From NCBI RefSeq assembly GCF_006345805.1, contig NC_042998.1, positions 59,892,001 through 59,956,000 of the forward strand: a stretch of DNA of 64,000 nt, read 5' to 3'. The stretch is from Octopus sinensis (Eukaryota). A model generated the notes under the pieces. That model saw nothing but the letters and a program-made list of their open reading frames with translations, ran no database searches and had not been told where the DNA came from. Within the stretch, counting starts at the first letter, position 1; the number at the start of each line of letters is the position of its first letter. This document shows positions 62,831-64,000 of this stretch, piece by piece. Both the position numbers and the translations under genes were made by a program.

Positions 62831-63324
62831 GTTTATAAAATTTTACTTTGCCACAAGATTATATATATATATATATATATGAGAGATATAGTATAACAGT
62901 TGTATTTGTTGTCAAGAATGTATTAGAGTTTATAAAGTCTTTACTGTATATGTTATTTTTTTCTTAGTTTTTCTTTCTTAACTCGCTATTTTATGCCATT
63001 CTTATATCTGTTTCAAAACAACAATTCCATCATTTTAAACTAAACTCTCCCTGGGCTTGCCATATTAAACCAATTTTGCTTGCTACCAGTATTAAGCTCC
63101 AAGAGTTTCGATGCAGTTTTTTCTTTTTATCTTTCTATACATGGAATGGATTTTCAACAACCACCAAGTCTTATCCTGTGCTATAATTCCTTTTCGATAT
63201 AACTAAAATATATTGTGCATTTCTTCATCTCTAGAGAATTCATTTCATTCCTTTTGCCTTTCTTTCCAATTGTATTCACGTCAGACAAGTATTAATGATT
63301 TTAGTTGGCATATCAGGGAATGTT

Positions 63325-63490
<166 letters not shown>

Positions 63491-63491
63491 A

Positions 63492-64000
63492 TATTTGACT
63501 GGATGGAATAAAATCCAAGCAGTTAATACGTGGGCGATAGTACCGCTTCGGTATGGAGCAGGAATTATAAAATGGCAAAAGATAGAAATGAAGAAAATGG
63601 CTACCAACACCAGAAGATTGTTGACAGTACACGGAGACTGCCACCCTAAGAGTGACACCACCGATACGCTGTACTTGTCCAGAAGAAAGGGTAGGAGAGG
63701 TTTGATCAGTTGTCAGGACTGTATCAAAGCAGAGAAAAACAGCCTAGTGTGGTATATAAAAATGCCTTGGAGCCACTTGTTGGGACATATATAGAAGGGC
63801 GGCGTCATCAAAACTGGAAGTTCTGTAACTATGAAAAAAATTTAAACAAGAAATGAACAAAAAGAAAGAAAAAGCATGGCAGGAAACAATGTACGGTCAG
63901 TATGCAAGAAATGTGAACACCAAGACAGATACAGAGGACAGGTGGCTATGGATGAGGAGTGACCAGAAGATAGAAGCAGCTCAGGAACAAGTGTTAAGGA
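63492..64000 (+). mobile_element. R4/Dong-like LINE fragment starting directly after (AAT)n
   Basis: 'NKIQAVNTWAIVPLRYGAGIIKW', 'TRRLLTVHGDCHPKSD' and 'LYLSRRKGRRGL'. Confidence 0.88.

Overview
AT-rich eukaryotic DNA saturated with microsatellites, with no confidently identifiable host gene, RNA gene or CRISPR array. The SINE families and microsatellite density suggest an octopod cephalopod (inference, not verified). The window is largely a pile of transposable elements. The main ones are a near-full-length but frameshifted CR1/L2-group LINE (10675-15307, minus), R4/Dong-like RLE LINE pieces tied to (TAA)n tracts, three mariner remnants, one Tc1 with both TIRs, two Helitron fragments, and Penelope-like, RTE and Gypsy remnants. 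At least three tRNA-derived SINE families are also present. Most ORFs in the supplied track are microsatellite translations. The most unusual observations are: (i) a LINE ORF1 combining a Myb/SANT-like domain with two CCCH zinc fingers; (ii) a minimal type I hammerhead-ribozyme-like fold with a U at core position 6 in two copies of a Penelope-like repeat; (iii) two large hairpin-forming inverted repeats within 1.6 kb; and (iv) repeated use of microsatellites as insertion sites, producing nested and stacked elements. All family calls come from motif recognition by eye, and boundaries are approximate unless a TIR or TSD is quoted.
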